64,000 nt of DNA from Akkermansia sp. Lineage in GTDB: Bacteria; Verrucomicrobiota; Verrucomicrobiia; Verrucomicrobiales; Akkermansiaceae. The notes under the pieces were generated by a model that searched no databases, was not told the DNA's origin, and saw only the letters and a program-made list of their open reading frames with translations. Both the position numbers and the translations under genes were made by a program. The DNA is taken from contig JAZQVE010000056.1 in NCBI GenBank assembly GCA_045631705.1, positions 718 through 64,717 of the forward strand, given 5' to 3'. Shown here one piece after another: positions 40,244 to 48,868 of the stretch (its first letter is position 1; each line of letters opens with the position of its first letter).

Positions 40244-40702
40244 ATGGAAGAAAATCGATATTCTGAGTATGATTTCTTTGAGGAGAATAATCAGCAGGAA
40301 TTCAAGGAAGAGGTGAAGCAGTGGGTTCGTTCGCGCAAGGGGGAGATACTGCGGCTCTGCAAGGCTCGTAATCTGGAGTGTGAATCTACCTCGCCGTATG
40401 GGATGCTGGCGAAGCTGATGGGTATCAATATCAGCAGTATCAATAACTGGATGTCACTGAAGGCTCAGAAGTTGATACCGGAGAACCGGGTGGAGGAAAT
40501 CAGACGTATTATGCGTGAAGTGGCGGGACTGATGGAAGCCGGACAGGCATCTGATACGAAGACGCCGGCAGAGGATGACCGGACAGCATTCGTACAGCAG
40601 CTGAAGGAGCGGCTTAACTATGAGGCTATAGGCCGTTTTTACATGGAGGCAGAGAAAGCCGGTATGTCATTGGACTCCTATTTGCAGAGCCTTCTGAAGT
40701 GA
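40244..40702 (+). CDS. Putative HTH DNA-binding regulator
   Basis: Xre-like HTH YGMLAKLMGINISSINNWMS. The C-terminal AEKAGMSLDSYL resembles an RHH helix pair. Confidence 0.65.
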   Translation: MEENRYSEYDFFEENNQQEFKEEVKQWVRSRKGEILRLCKARNLECESTSPYGMLAKLMGINISSINNWMSLKAQKLIPENRVEEIRRIMREVAGLMEAGQASDTKTPAEDDRTAFVQQLKERLNYEAIGRFYMEAEKAGMSLDSYLQSLLK

Positions 40703-40754
40703 GGACCCGTGTTTGAACTTGATGCCGGAAGGGGAATGTGGTAGACTTACGCTT

Positions 40755-41105
40755 ATGAAGGACAGGAAGGTCGTATCAGAAATCCTTAAGCGTTTCTTTT
40801 CATTGGAAAGAGCTGATTATGCTGAAGTTATTGAAAGACTGAGTGCTGAACTCCGTACGCCCAGAGCGGATTTGCAGCAGTGGGGGGCAGAGTCGATGTC
40901 AATCCCGGATGAGCAGCTGGCGCCGGCGCTGCGTGTTGTAAAGGAAATTGTAGCGGAAAAATTACGCAGCGCACCTGCTAAAGCAAAATCGGAGGTCGGT
41001 GAGGTTGTCGTAGTTTCTCCTATGACCATAGAGGGGATGGTTGATAATCCCAAGGAGATAAAGGCCGATGTACTCCTGCTTATGGTTCTGCGCTTGTGGC
41101 GTTGA
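40755..41105 (+). CDS. Degenerate HTH-like protein, probable paralog of the upstream gene
   Basis: LSAELRTPRADLQQW...IPDEQL...RVVKEI aligns with LAKLMGINISSINNW...IPENRV...RIMREV. Confidence 0.5.
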   Translation: MKDRKVVSEILKRFFSLERADYAEVIERLSAELRTPRADLQQWGAESMSIPDEQLAPALRVVKEIVAEKLRSAPAKAKSEVGEVVVVSPMTIEGMVDNPKEIKADVLLLMVLRLWR

Positions 41106-41175
41106 GCCCTTCTGAGGATTGTGATTCTCCGCTTTACGGATGCTCTTCGTGAGCTGAAAAGTATTTAGACTGAGT

Positions 41176-42510
41176 ATGGATGCGCTGCAGCCAGGGACGG
41201 TAGTCGAGGGCATTACAGGCTCATCGTATAAAATATTGGAGACTGTTGGTCAGGGCTCGTTTGGAATCACCTATCTGGCTCAGGCTCAGGGATTTCCTGT
41301 GCGGAAGGTAGCCTTGAAGGAGTGTTTCCTCAAGGATACATGCAGACGTGATGTTGATGGAAGACGGGTCGTTGCAACAGACCAGGCGCAATATGCGAAT
41401 GCAATTGCCGATATGAGCAAGGAGTTCAGGGCTCTGGAGAAGCTGGAGCATCCCGGCGTGGTGGACATACGGGAATATTTCATCGAGCCATCAACCGAAA
41501 GCCTGTTTATCGTCATGCCGTGGTTGCCCGGCGGAACCTTGAGGGAGAAAATGTCTGCACTCGGCGGAGTGCCGCATAGAACGGCATGTGAATGGCTCAG
41601 GGTGCTGCTGGGGGCTTTGGCTGAGGTGCACGAAAATAACATAACCCACCGGGATATCAAACCTGCGAATATTATGTTCAATAAACAGGGTATGCCTGTT
41701 CTGGTGGATTTCGGTGCAGCCCTGGACCGCGACAACAAGGAGGGCATGACGGTGACTGGTCCGTACACTGGAGGTTATGCTGCGCCTGAGCAGATGGACG
41801 AATCCGTGGGGCGAATTGGTCCCTGGACTGATTTTTTCGGCTTGGCTGCAACCTGGTATGAGATGCTGACAGGTCGTTCCATCACTTGTTATCGCGGTGT
41901 GCCGTATGCTCCCATAGAGTCAGAGGATAAGCCATTTGCCGAGTCAATTATGAAGAACCTGGCTGCAGATACAGCTCAGCGCTGTCAGACTGCGGCTGAA
42001 TGGCTGGAGCTGCTGAAGGACTCGTACGTTCTGGTATCATCTGTTCCAGCGGTAAATGATGTGTACGATTTAATTGCAATTCTGCGGGAGCGCTATCCTA
42101 AGAATGAGGAGGGGAAACTTCCCTGGAAAATCGACTTGATTCTGCGAATGGCCGAGTTTACCATTGCTCCGGGCATTCGGGAGAGAATTAAGATTGCAAA
42201 GGATGCGCTGGCCATTGTGGCCGGCGCTGCGGGAGTCGGTGCCGTTATTGGCGGCATCGGCGTCGGTTTTGGCTGGGGGCAGGGGTTGATTGCGGCCGTA
42301 GTTGCATTTTTCTCGGGCGGGCCTGTTGTGGTGCCAGTTGTTGCGGGGGCAACAGGTCTTGCGGCAATTGGATTTGGCGTCTACCATTTTGTATCACCCA
42401 AAAAGACTCAGCAACAGCTTGTAGAGGAAACATTGCGAGGCCTTTCTGAGAACATAAGAAAGGAAAATCCCCAGTTCTGGGAGGAAAATAGAGAATTGTG
42501 GCGTGCGTAG
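41176..42510 (+). CDS. Hanks-type Ser/Thr protein kinase fused to a C-terminal copy of the 184-aa membrane-hairpin domain
   Basis: GQGSFG, VALKE, HRDIKPANI, DFG and APE are all intact. C-terminal GFGWGQG...PQFW..W. Confidence 0.9.
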   Translation: MDALQPGTVVEGITGSSYKILETVGQGSFGITYLAQAQGFPVRKVALKECFLKDTCRRDVDGRRVVATDQAQYANAIADMSKEFRALEKLEHPGVVDIREYFIEPSTESLFIVMPWLPGGTLREKMSALGGVPHRTACEWLRVLLGALAEVHENNITHRDIKPANIMFNKQGMPVLVDFGAALDRDNKEGMTVTGPYTGGYAAPEQMDESVGRIGPWTDFFGLAATWYEMLTGRSITCYRGVPYAPIESEDKPFAESIMKNLAADTAQRCQTAAEWLELLKDSYVLVSSVPAVNDVYDLIAILRERYPKNEEGKLPWKIDLILRMAEFTIAPGIRERIKIAKDALAIVAGAAGVGAVIGGIGVGFGWGQGLIAAVVAFFSGGPVVVPVVAGATGLAAIGFGVYHFVSPKKTQQQLVEETLRGLSENIRKENPQFWEENRELWRA

Positions 42511-42580
42511 AACCAGGATTGTACAGATGGTGCCTCCAGGAGGCGTTTTTACGACGCAGTAATGGCAATACAGACAGAGT

Positions 42581-43616
42581 ATGAATGATTTAAAATAAAA
42601 CACCATTGTAGAAGGCCTGAATGGCTCATCGTATGAGATACTGGAGACGATGGGGCAGGGGGCATTCGGGATTACCTATCAGGCGCAGGCCCGGGAGTTT
42701 CCTGTGCGGAAGGTGGCGCTGAAGGAGTGCTTTCTCCATGGAGTCTGTTCCCGTGGCGCAGATGGGAGACGGGTAGTTGCAACAGACGAGGCGCGATACA
42801 CGAAGGCAATTGCCGATATGAGCAAGGAGTACAGGGCGCTGGAGAAGCTGGAGCATCCTGGTGTGGTGGATATCCGGGAATATTTCATCGAGCCATCTAC
42901 AGAAAGTCTGTTTATTGTCATGCCGTGGTTGCCTGGTGGAACCTTGAGGGAGAAAATGGCGACCATGAAGCAGACTGGCGGAGTCCCGCACCAGAAGGCT
43001 CGCGAATGGCTGCGTATGCTGTTGGGGGCACTGGCAGAGGTGCACGAAAATAATATAACGCATCGGGATATCAAGCCTGAAAATATCATGTTCAACAAGC
43101 AGGATATGCCTGTTCTTGTTGATTTCGGGGCTGCTCTGGACCGCGATAATAAGGCCGGTATGACGATGCCCGGGCCGTGTACGGAGCATTATGCCGCTCC
43201 CGAACAGTTGTATGACGGAAAGGGCAAGATAGGCCCGTGGACTGATTTTTATGCCTTGGCTGCAACCTGGTATGAGATGTTGACGGGGCGCTCCATCACA
43301 GATTTCCGGGGCGTGGCATATTCTCCCATTGCAAGCGAGGACAAGGCCCTGGTGGAATCGGTGATGAAGAATCTGTCTCAGGAGCCAGCGCGCCGTTGCC
43401 AGACGGCCGCAGAGTGGATTGCTATGTTGGATGCTCCCATGGAGATAGTTGTGAATCAGACTGTTCCACCTCAGCTCAATCCGGGAGAAGTAGTTGGTAA
43501 GATGGTTGCTCAGGCGGTAAATGCTGTCGTTCCGGTGGCAGAGGGGGGTAGGTGCGGCCGCAGGTCAGGTGATGAATACCGCAGGCAGGTTCATAGGAGG
43601 TCTGTTTGGTAGATGA
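42581..43616 (+). pseudogene. Second Hanks-type Ser/Thr kinase with TAA at codon 6 and a probable +1 frameshift in a G6 run near the 3' end
   Basis: MNDLK*NTIVEGLNGSSYEILETMGQG aligns with kinase 1 MDALQPGTVVEGITGSSYKILETVGQG. Catalytic motifs are intact. An ORF from the ATG at 42650 is still possible. Confidence 0.7.
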
Positions 43617-43719
43617 GTAGGCGTGGTGGCGTTCAGGCAAATGCGGAAAAATAGCATATAAACGCCGGGATAGTTGCTTAGGACTTGAAAAAACAGTGCA
43701 GCTGGAGTAAAGTTAGGGC

Positions 43720-45462
43720 ATGAGCACCTTGCATTGCCCGAGTCTGTACCAGTATACGCGCCGCCTGACCCGCGAGGTGATGGTGGGGAACGTGGGGATT
43801 GGCGGTACCAATCCCATCCGCATTCAATCCATGCTGACCAGCGATACGTTGGATACGGCCGGGTGTGTTCGCGAGTCTCTGGCTCTGGCCGAGGCCGGCT
43901 GCGAAATCATCCGCCTGACCGCGCAGACCAAGGTGTATGCCGCCAACCTGGAGAACATTGCCCGCGAGCTGCGCGCCGCCGGGTGCCAGGTGCCGCTGGT
44001 GGCCGATATTCATTTCAAGCCCGATGCTGCCATGGAGGCCGCCAAGTGGGTGGAGAAGATTCGCGTGAATCCCGGCAACTTCGTGGACAAGAAGAAGTTT
44101 GTGGAGCGCGATTACACGGACTATGAGTACGAGGAGGAGATTGAGAAGATCCGCAAGGCCTTCACTCCTCTCGTGTTGTTCTGCAAGGAACATGGCCGCG
44201 CCATGCGCCTGGGTGCCAACCACGGCTCCCTCTCCGACCGCATTCTGAACCGCTATGGCGACACCCCGGATGGCATGGTGGAAAGCGCGCTGGAGTTTGC
44301 CCGCATTGCCCGCGAGCTGGATTACCACCAGCTGGTGTTCTCCATGAAGTCCTCCAACGTGAAGGTGATGATTCAGGCCTACCGCCTGCTGGTGAAGCGC
44401 CTGGCAGAGGAGGGGCTGGATTGGAATTACCCCATCCACCTGGGTGTGACTGAGGCCGGCGAGGGCGAGGATGCCCGCATCAAGAGCGCCACAGGCGTGG
44501 GCTCGCTGCTGGCAGATGGTATCGGCGATACGCTGCGAGTCTCCCTCACCGAGGACCCGGTGTATGAGATTGAGCCCGGTTTCGAGCTGGCTGCCCCCTA
44601 CCAGCCGGGCGTGGTTTCCGCCGCCTCTCCGCTGGAGATTCAGGCTCCGGATGCCTTCAACCCCTTTGAGTTCAACAAGCGCAAGGCCGATGTGATTACC
44701 CGCGGCGGCGTGACGCTGGGCTGGAATGAGCCCGTGCGCGTGGTGCTGCCGGAGGCTGCCTGCAAGGCGCTGGACCCGGCGGTGATGAAGGATTTCATGC
44801 CGGAGATTTCCTATGAGGATTGCGCTCCTGTGGAAATCGACCCGCGTGATGCCGCCGCCGCCGCTGAACTGGCCGATGCCCCCGCCACGCTGGTGTCGGT
44901 GAAGGACGGCATCGATATGCCCGTGGTGCAGGCCTTCCGCCTGCTGGCAGCCGTCATTCCGACCCGCCACAGCATTCTGCTGAAGGATACGCTGTGCAAC
45001 GGGCTGGACAGCCTTTCTGCCCCCATGGCCGGTGGTGTGAATGCCGGTGCGCTCCTGTGCGATGGCATCGGCAATGCTGTGCTGGTGCGCCGCGAGACTG
45101 ACCCCGACAAGGCTGCCCGCCTGGGCTTCAATATTCTGCAGGCTGCCGGTGTGCGCCTGAGCAAGACCGAGTACGTTTCCTGCCCGTCCTGCGGCCGCAC
45201 GCACTACAACATTCAGGAAGCTGCCGCCCGCATCCGCGAGGCTACCGGCCACCTGAAGGGCGTGAAGATTGCCATCATGGGCTGCATCGTGAACGGCCCC
45301 GGCGAAATGAGCGATGCCGACTTCGGCTACGTGGGCGGCGCCCCGAACAAGATTAATCTCTACGTAGGCCATAACCCTGTGGTGATGAATATTCCGCAGG
45401 AAGAAGCCGTGCAGCACCTGGTGCAGCTCATCAAGGACCACGGACGCTGGGTTGAGCCCTGA
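43720..45462 (+). CDS. ispG: (E)-4-hydroxy-3-methylbut-2-enyl-diphosphate synthase (long form)
   Basis: Motifs IQSM, VADIHF, RVNPGN, NHGSLS, HLGVTEAG, SCPSCGR and MGCIVNGPGE. Promoter TTGAAA-17-TAAAGT ends 6 nt upstream. Confidence 0.96.
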   Translation: MSTLHCPSLYQYTRRLTREVMVGNVGIGGTNPIRIQSMLTSDTLDTAGCVRESLALAEAGCEIIRLTAQTKVYAANLENIARELRAAGCQVPLVADIHFKPDAAMEAAKWVEKIRVNPGNFVDKKKFVERDYTDYEYEEEIEKIRKAFTPLVLFCKEHGRAMRLGANHGSLSDRILNRYGDTPDGMVESALEFARIARELDYHQLVFSMKSSNVKVMIQAYRLLVKRLAEEGLDWNYPIHLGVTEAGEGEDARIKSATGVGSLLADGIGDTLRVSLTEDPVYEIEPGFELAAPYQPGVVSAASPLEIQAPDAFNPFEFNKRKADVITRGGVTLGWNEPVRVVLPEAACKALDPAVMKDFMPEISYEDCAPVEIDPRDAAAAAELADAPATLVSVKDGIDMPVVQAFRLLAAVIPTRHSILLKDTLCNGLDSLSAPMAGGVNAGALLCDGIGNAVLVRRETDPDKAARLGFNILQAAGVRLSKTEYVSCPSCGRTHYNIQEAAARIREATGHLKGVKIAIMGCIVNGPGEMSDADFGYVGGAPNKINLYVGHNPVVMNIPQEEAVQHLVQLIKDHGRWVEP

Positions 45463-45463
45463 G

Positions 45464-45556
45464 TCTGCCGCCCCTGGTGGCAGATTTCGTCGTGGCGCAG
45501 CCACGGTTTCGTCCGCGAAGCGGATTTCGTCCAGCCCCGTAAGGGGCTGGATTGCG
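45464..45556. repeat. Array of four GC-rich hairpins separated by TTTCG linkers (REP-like)
   Basis: TCTGCCGCC/GGTGGCAGA, TCGTGGC/GCCACGG, TCCGC/GCGGA and TCCAGCCCC/GGGGCTGGA. Confidence 0.7.
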
Positions 45557-45639
45557 TTATCCGTTGAAGCACCGCTCTGTATTAATGTTCATCGGGAAGC
45601 GATAGAATTTGACATCCGACTCCGCTAAATTTATCATAT

Positions 45640-46134
45640 GTGCACATGCTTCGTGGAGTTTTCGCCCTTTGTCTTCTGCTTCCTCTGCTGACTCAGTGCT
45701 GCGGCAGGTCGGAGCTGCGCAGTGCTCTTGCGTCGGGGGACATTGTCTGTATCGGTGCTGTATTGGATGAGCTTCCGGATATTAACCGCGCCTACAAGAC
45801 TCCCTATTACGAGGGTACAACCATAAGCCTTACCCCGCTGCATCAGGCTATCTGTTGCTATGTGGGAGGCTTTCCCGGGCATGAGGAAAAGGGGGTGCGG
45901 GTAGTTCGCTACCTTATCAGCCGTGGGGCAGATGTGAATGCTCGCATCCCGGAGGATGGCCGTACCCCGCTTCATCTTGCAGCCGGTATAGATGGCATTG
46001 AGGCTCCGCCCCTCTATGCCGCCCTGCTGGAAGCCGGGGCAGATGCCAGCATACGCGATAACAGGGGCAGAACCGCTGAGGAGGTCCGGCGAGAAACTGC
46101 CGAAATCAATCGCGAAATCAGAGACGACAGATAG
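45640..46134 (+). CDS. Ankyrin-repeat lipoprotein
   Basis: Motifs TPLHQA, GADVN, GRTPLHLAA, LLEAGAD and GRTA, with a signal peptide ending in Cys. Confidence 0.85.
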   Translation: MHMLRGVFALCLLLPLLTQCCGRSELRSALASGDIVCIGAVLDELPDINRAYKTPYYEGTTISLTPLHQAICCYVGGFPGHEEKGVRVVRYLISRGADVNARIPEDGRTPLHLAAGIDGIEAPPLYAALLEAGADASIRDNRGRTAEEVRRETAEINREIRDDR

Positions 46135-46597
46135 TCTTGTGCACGTAGTGCAGTGCGAGGATGAGCAGTACCGGAATGAGTGAGCCGAAGGTGGTGCTGC
46201 GGGCCAGGATGATGGCTACCATGACCAGAATCTGGTAGGCCAGCACCACGGCGCCGGAAATCCAGAGGTAGCAGGGAGAGGTGTAGGGTACCTCCTTGAG
46301 GTGGCACCGGAACAGGCGCCACACCAGCACCAGCCAGCTGCACAGGAACCACCCCAGAGCAGTGCAGAGCAGGTTGATGAACAGCGTTTTTTCCGGGGAG
46401 AAGGGCTTTGAGGCATAAAGCCCTGCAGTAGCATAGCCATAGGCCGCCATACCCGTGCCCAGCCCCAGGTTCAGCACGCTGGGCAGCAGCGCAATGATGG
46501 CTATCAGGTAGATAATCATCCACAACCCGTGGCCGATGGGAAACTTCTTCTCCACCAGCAGGGCTACTCCTTCAAACCATGTAATGCGCGTTTTCAT
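46118..46597 (-). CDS. Hypothetical membrane protein (~4 TM)
   Basis: Hydrophobic 159-aa frame from MKTRITWFEG, with TGcTAAAAT -10 just upstream. Confidence 0.6.
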   Translation of the reverse strand: MKTRITWFEGVALLVEKKFPIGHGLWMIIYLIAIIALLPSVLNLGLGTGMAAYGYATAGLYASKPFSPEKTLFINLLCTALGWFLCSWLVLVWRLFRCHLKEVPYTSPCYLWISGAVVLAYQILVMVAIILARSTTFGSLIPVLLILALHYVHKTICRL

Positions 46598-46685
46598 TGA
46601 TACAGCCATTTTAGCATATACGGGCTGAAGCCAAAAGCGCAAATTAGTGCAGTATGCGCCGGAGCTGCGAGATTCTATTCGGAGC

Positions 46686-46705
46686 GGAGGGACTTCAGTC
46701 CCTCC
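46686..46705. repeat. REP-like palindrome GGAGGGACTTCAGTCCCTCC
   Basis: Perfect 9-bp arms in an intergenic region. Confidence 0.5.
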
Positions 46706-46743
46706 TGAGCGGGGAGTAAGTGCCGGGTTCCTGAGGCCCCACC

Positions 46744-46783
46744 AAAAACGAATGCCGCAGAGGCGGGGCTCAGCGGCATTCGT
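46744..46783 (-). terminator. Terminator of the nan/pfk operon
   Basis: ACGAATGCCGC...GCGGCATTCGT followed by a T run on the minus strand. Confidence 0.75.
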
Positions 46784-46805
46784 GAGGGAGATAATCAGCA
46801 GTGGA

Positions 46806-47900
46806 TTACTTGATGTCGTCCGCATCACCGAAGGAGATGCCGATTTCTCGGGCTGCTTCGATGAGCTGGCTCTTGCTGTCCACCAGGTGCAGGGTACGCA
46901 CAGCTTCCTCGATGGGCATGGAGACCATGTCGGTGCGGTGCAGAGCCACGGTTTCGCCGAACTTGCCCTGCTCGATGAGGTCGATGGCCTTGGCGCCGCA
47001 GCGGACGCCGAGCACGCGGTCGAAGGGAATGGGGGAGCCACCGCGCTGGGTGTGGCCCAGCACGCAATAGCGGGTCTCGATGCCGGTGATGGTCTCCAGC
47101 TTGGTGGAGAGGAAGGCAGCGATACCGCCGAGGCGCACCTCGCCCTTGGTTTCCTCATCCAGCGTGAGGAGCTTGCCGCCGATGGTGGCGCCCTCGCTCA
47201 CTACCACGATGATTTCGCGCTGGCCAAGAGCCTTGGTGAGCTCAACCTTGCGCACCACGTCCTCCAGGGTGAAGGGAATCTCGGGGATGAGAATCACGTC
47301 TGCACCGCCGGAGATACCGCCGTACAGAGCAATCCAGCCGGCGTGGCGGCCCATCACCTCCACCACCATCATACGCTGGTGGGAAAAAGCGGTGGTGCGC
47401 AGGCGGTCGAGCTGCTTGCTCACCACGGAAACGGCGGTCCAGAAGCCGAAGGTGTAGTCCGTGGCGCCCAGGTCGTTGTCGATGGTCTTGGGCACGCCTA
47501 CGATGGGCAGGCCAATCTGGCGGAGTTCCTGACCGATGGTCTGGGAGCCGTCGCCACCCACCACGATGAGGGCGGAGAGACCGAGGCGGTCCACGGTGGC
47601 CTTGCTGCGTTCCAGCACTTCTTCAGCAATCTGCATGCGGCCACCCACACCGCTCTTCACGGTGAAGTTGCCCTTGTTCACCGTGCCGAGAATGGTGCCG
47701 CCGGTGGAGCGGATGTTGAGGCAGTTTTCGGGCGTGAGGATGCGCCAGCGCTCGTTTTCGGGCGTGGAGAGCAGACCCTCGAAGCCATCATAGAAGCCGT
47801 AAACCGTCCAGCCACGGGCGGAAGCAGCCGCCACGGCGCCTTCAATCACGGCGTTGAGACCGGGGCAGTCGCCACCGGCGTTAAGAATACCTACGTTCAT
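46806..47900 (-). CDS. pfkA: 6-phosphofructokinase (group III type; G104/K124 suggests ATP-dependent)
   Basis: Motifs GGDCPGLN, GGTILGT, GGDGS, PKTIDND, EVMGRHAG and LGHTQRGG. Confidence 0.92.
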   Translation of the reverse strand: MNVGILNAGGDCPGLNAVIEGAVAAASARGWTVYGFYDGFEGLLSTPENERWRILTPENCLNIRSTGGTILGTVNKGNFTVKSGVGGRMQIAEEVLERSKATVDRLGLSALIVVGGDGSQTIGQELRQIGLPIVGVPKTIDNDLGATDYTFGFWTAVSVVSKQLDRLRTTAFSHQRMMVVEVMGRHAGWIALYGGISGGADVILIPEIPFTLEDVVRKVELTKALGQREIIVVVSEGATIGGKLLTLDEETKGEVRLGGIAAFLSTKLETITGIETRYCVLGHTQRGGSPIPFDRVLGVRCGAKAIDLIEQGKFGETVALHRTDMVSMPIEEAVRTLHLVDSKSQLIEAAREIGISFGDADDIK

Positions 47901-47905
47901 GATGT

Positions 47906-48868
47906 TTAATTGGGAAGTATAATGAATTTGGATCTATCCTGGTAATCGTTAGAGGGCAGCCAGGCATCCCATGCATTCCAGCCGTCGCGCAGGAAACGGG
48001 AGGCTTCCTGGTAGCGGGAGGTGGAGGAGGGCATGCCGAGCATGACGATGAGCAGACGCTGCGGGAAGGTGGCCTCTGTGCCTGTGGCCGGGTTCACACG
48101 CTTGACCGATGCGCGGCGGGCTGTCACCATGAGGCAGCTGCCGGCGCTGCGGGACTGGCCTGCCTTGAGACCGTCCACATGGCCGGAGCCACTCAGCAAC
48201 TTATTGTTGTTGCGGATAGTCTGGCGGCGGTTGCCCGTGGGCGAGTGAATGGTGACAATGCAGCCAGTCTGGGCCGTGATGGCCAGCAGGTTGGTGTCGT
48301 TGATGGCGTACATGCCCAGCAGAGCCATATCCCGGGCCGAGGATTGGGTGATGACGGCTCCGTTCGTGCCCTTGAACACGGTGGAGGTCATGCCCAGGCG
48401 GCGGGCGAGGTTGTTCATCTGGGCGATGAAGGCTCCCTCGGGGTTACGGCTGCTCAGCACGCTGCCGCAGGCATAGGCCAGGGTGGTGGCGCAGGCACTG
48501 TCGTCCCACATGAGAGCGGAGTACAGAGCATCACGCACCGAGATGCTGTCACCTGCGCGCAGGCGGAGCAGGTTGGTGCGCTGCCACATCACAGCCTGGG
48601 CCGGCACTGTAATCAGGCGGTTCATATCCACACCGTGCGCCGTCACCCAGTCCATCACCACCACGGCTGTAGCCAGGTTGGTCAGCATGCCGATGGGGCG
48701 TTTGAGGTTGGAATTGGATGAATAGAGCACACGCCCGGAGTTCACCTCCAGCGCCACGTAGCTGGGGGTGGTCTGTTCCGGGGTGATGATGCGCTGGTAG
48801 TTGCAGGAGGTGAATAATCCGCCTACAGCAGCCCCTAACGTACAGAGATATGTGAGGACTTTATTCAT
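47906..48868 (-). CDS. Peptidase S11 (DD-carboxypeptidase/PBP5) fold lipoprotein lacking catalytic residues
   Basis: Overall S11 layout (G.VLY...RP, MN..A..LGM..T.F, SSARD.A, N.NKLL, DGLK) is kept, but SxxK reads GMLTN, SxN reads WDD and KTG reads KAG. Confidence 0.8.
   Translation of the reverse strand: MNKVLTYLCTLGAAVGGLFTSCNYQRIITPEQTTPSYVALEVNSGRVLYSSNSNLKRPIGMLTNLATAVVVMDWVTAHGVDMNRLITVPAQAVMWQRTNLLRLRAGDSISVRDALYSALMWDDSACATTLAYACGSVLSSRNPEGAFIAQMNNLARRLGMTSTVFKGTNGAVITQSSARDMALLGMYAINDTNLLAITAQTGCIVTIHSPTGNRRQTIRNNNKLLSGSGHVDGLKAGQSRSAGSCLMVTARRASVKRVNPATGTEATFPQRLLIVMLGMPSSTSRYQEASRFLRDGWNAWDAWLPSNDYQDRSKFIILPN

Noticed and set aside
33715-43690. att-like direct repeats or an integrase bounding the kinase-PIN island
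   Set aside because: Only weak A-rich resemblance at the two ends. No tRNA, integrase or transposase is visible.
45464-45556. CRISPR mini-array
   Set aside because: The constant part is only 5-7 nt, the variable parts are themselves hairpins, and no cas genes are present.
46118-47158. 346-aa ORF from the track
   Set aside because: The 5' part overlaps pfkA in another frame. Only the hydrophobic portion from 46597 is credible.
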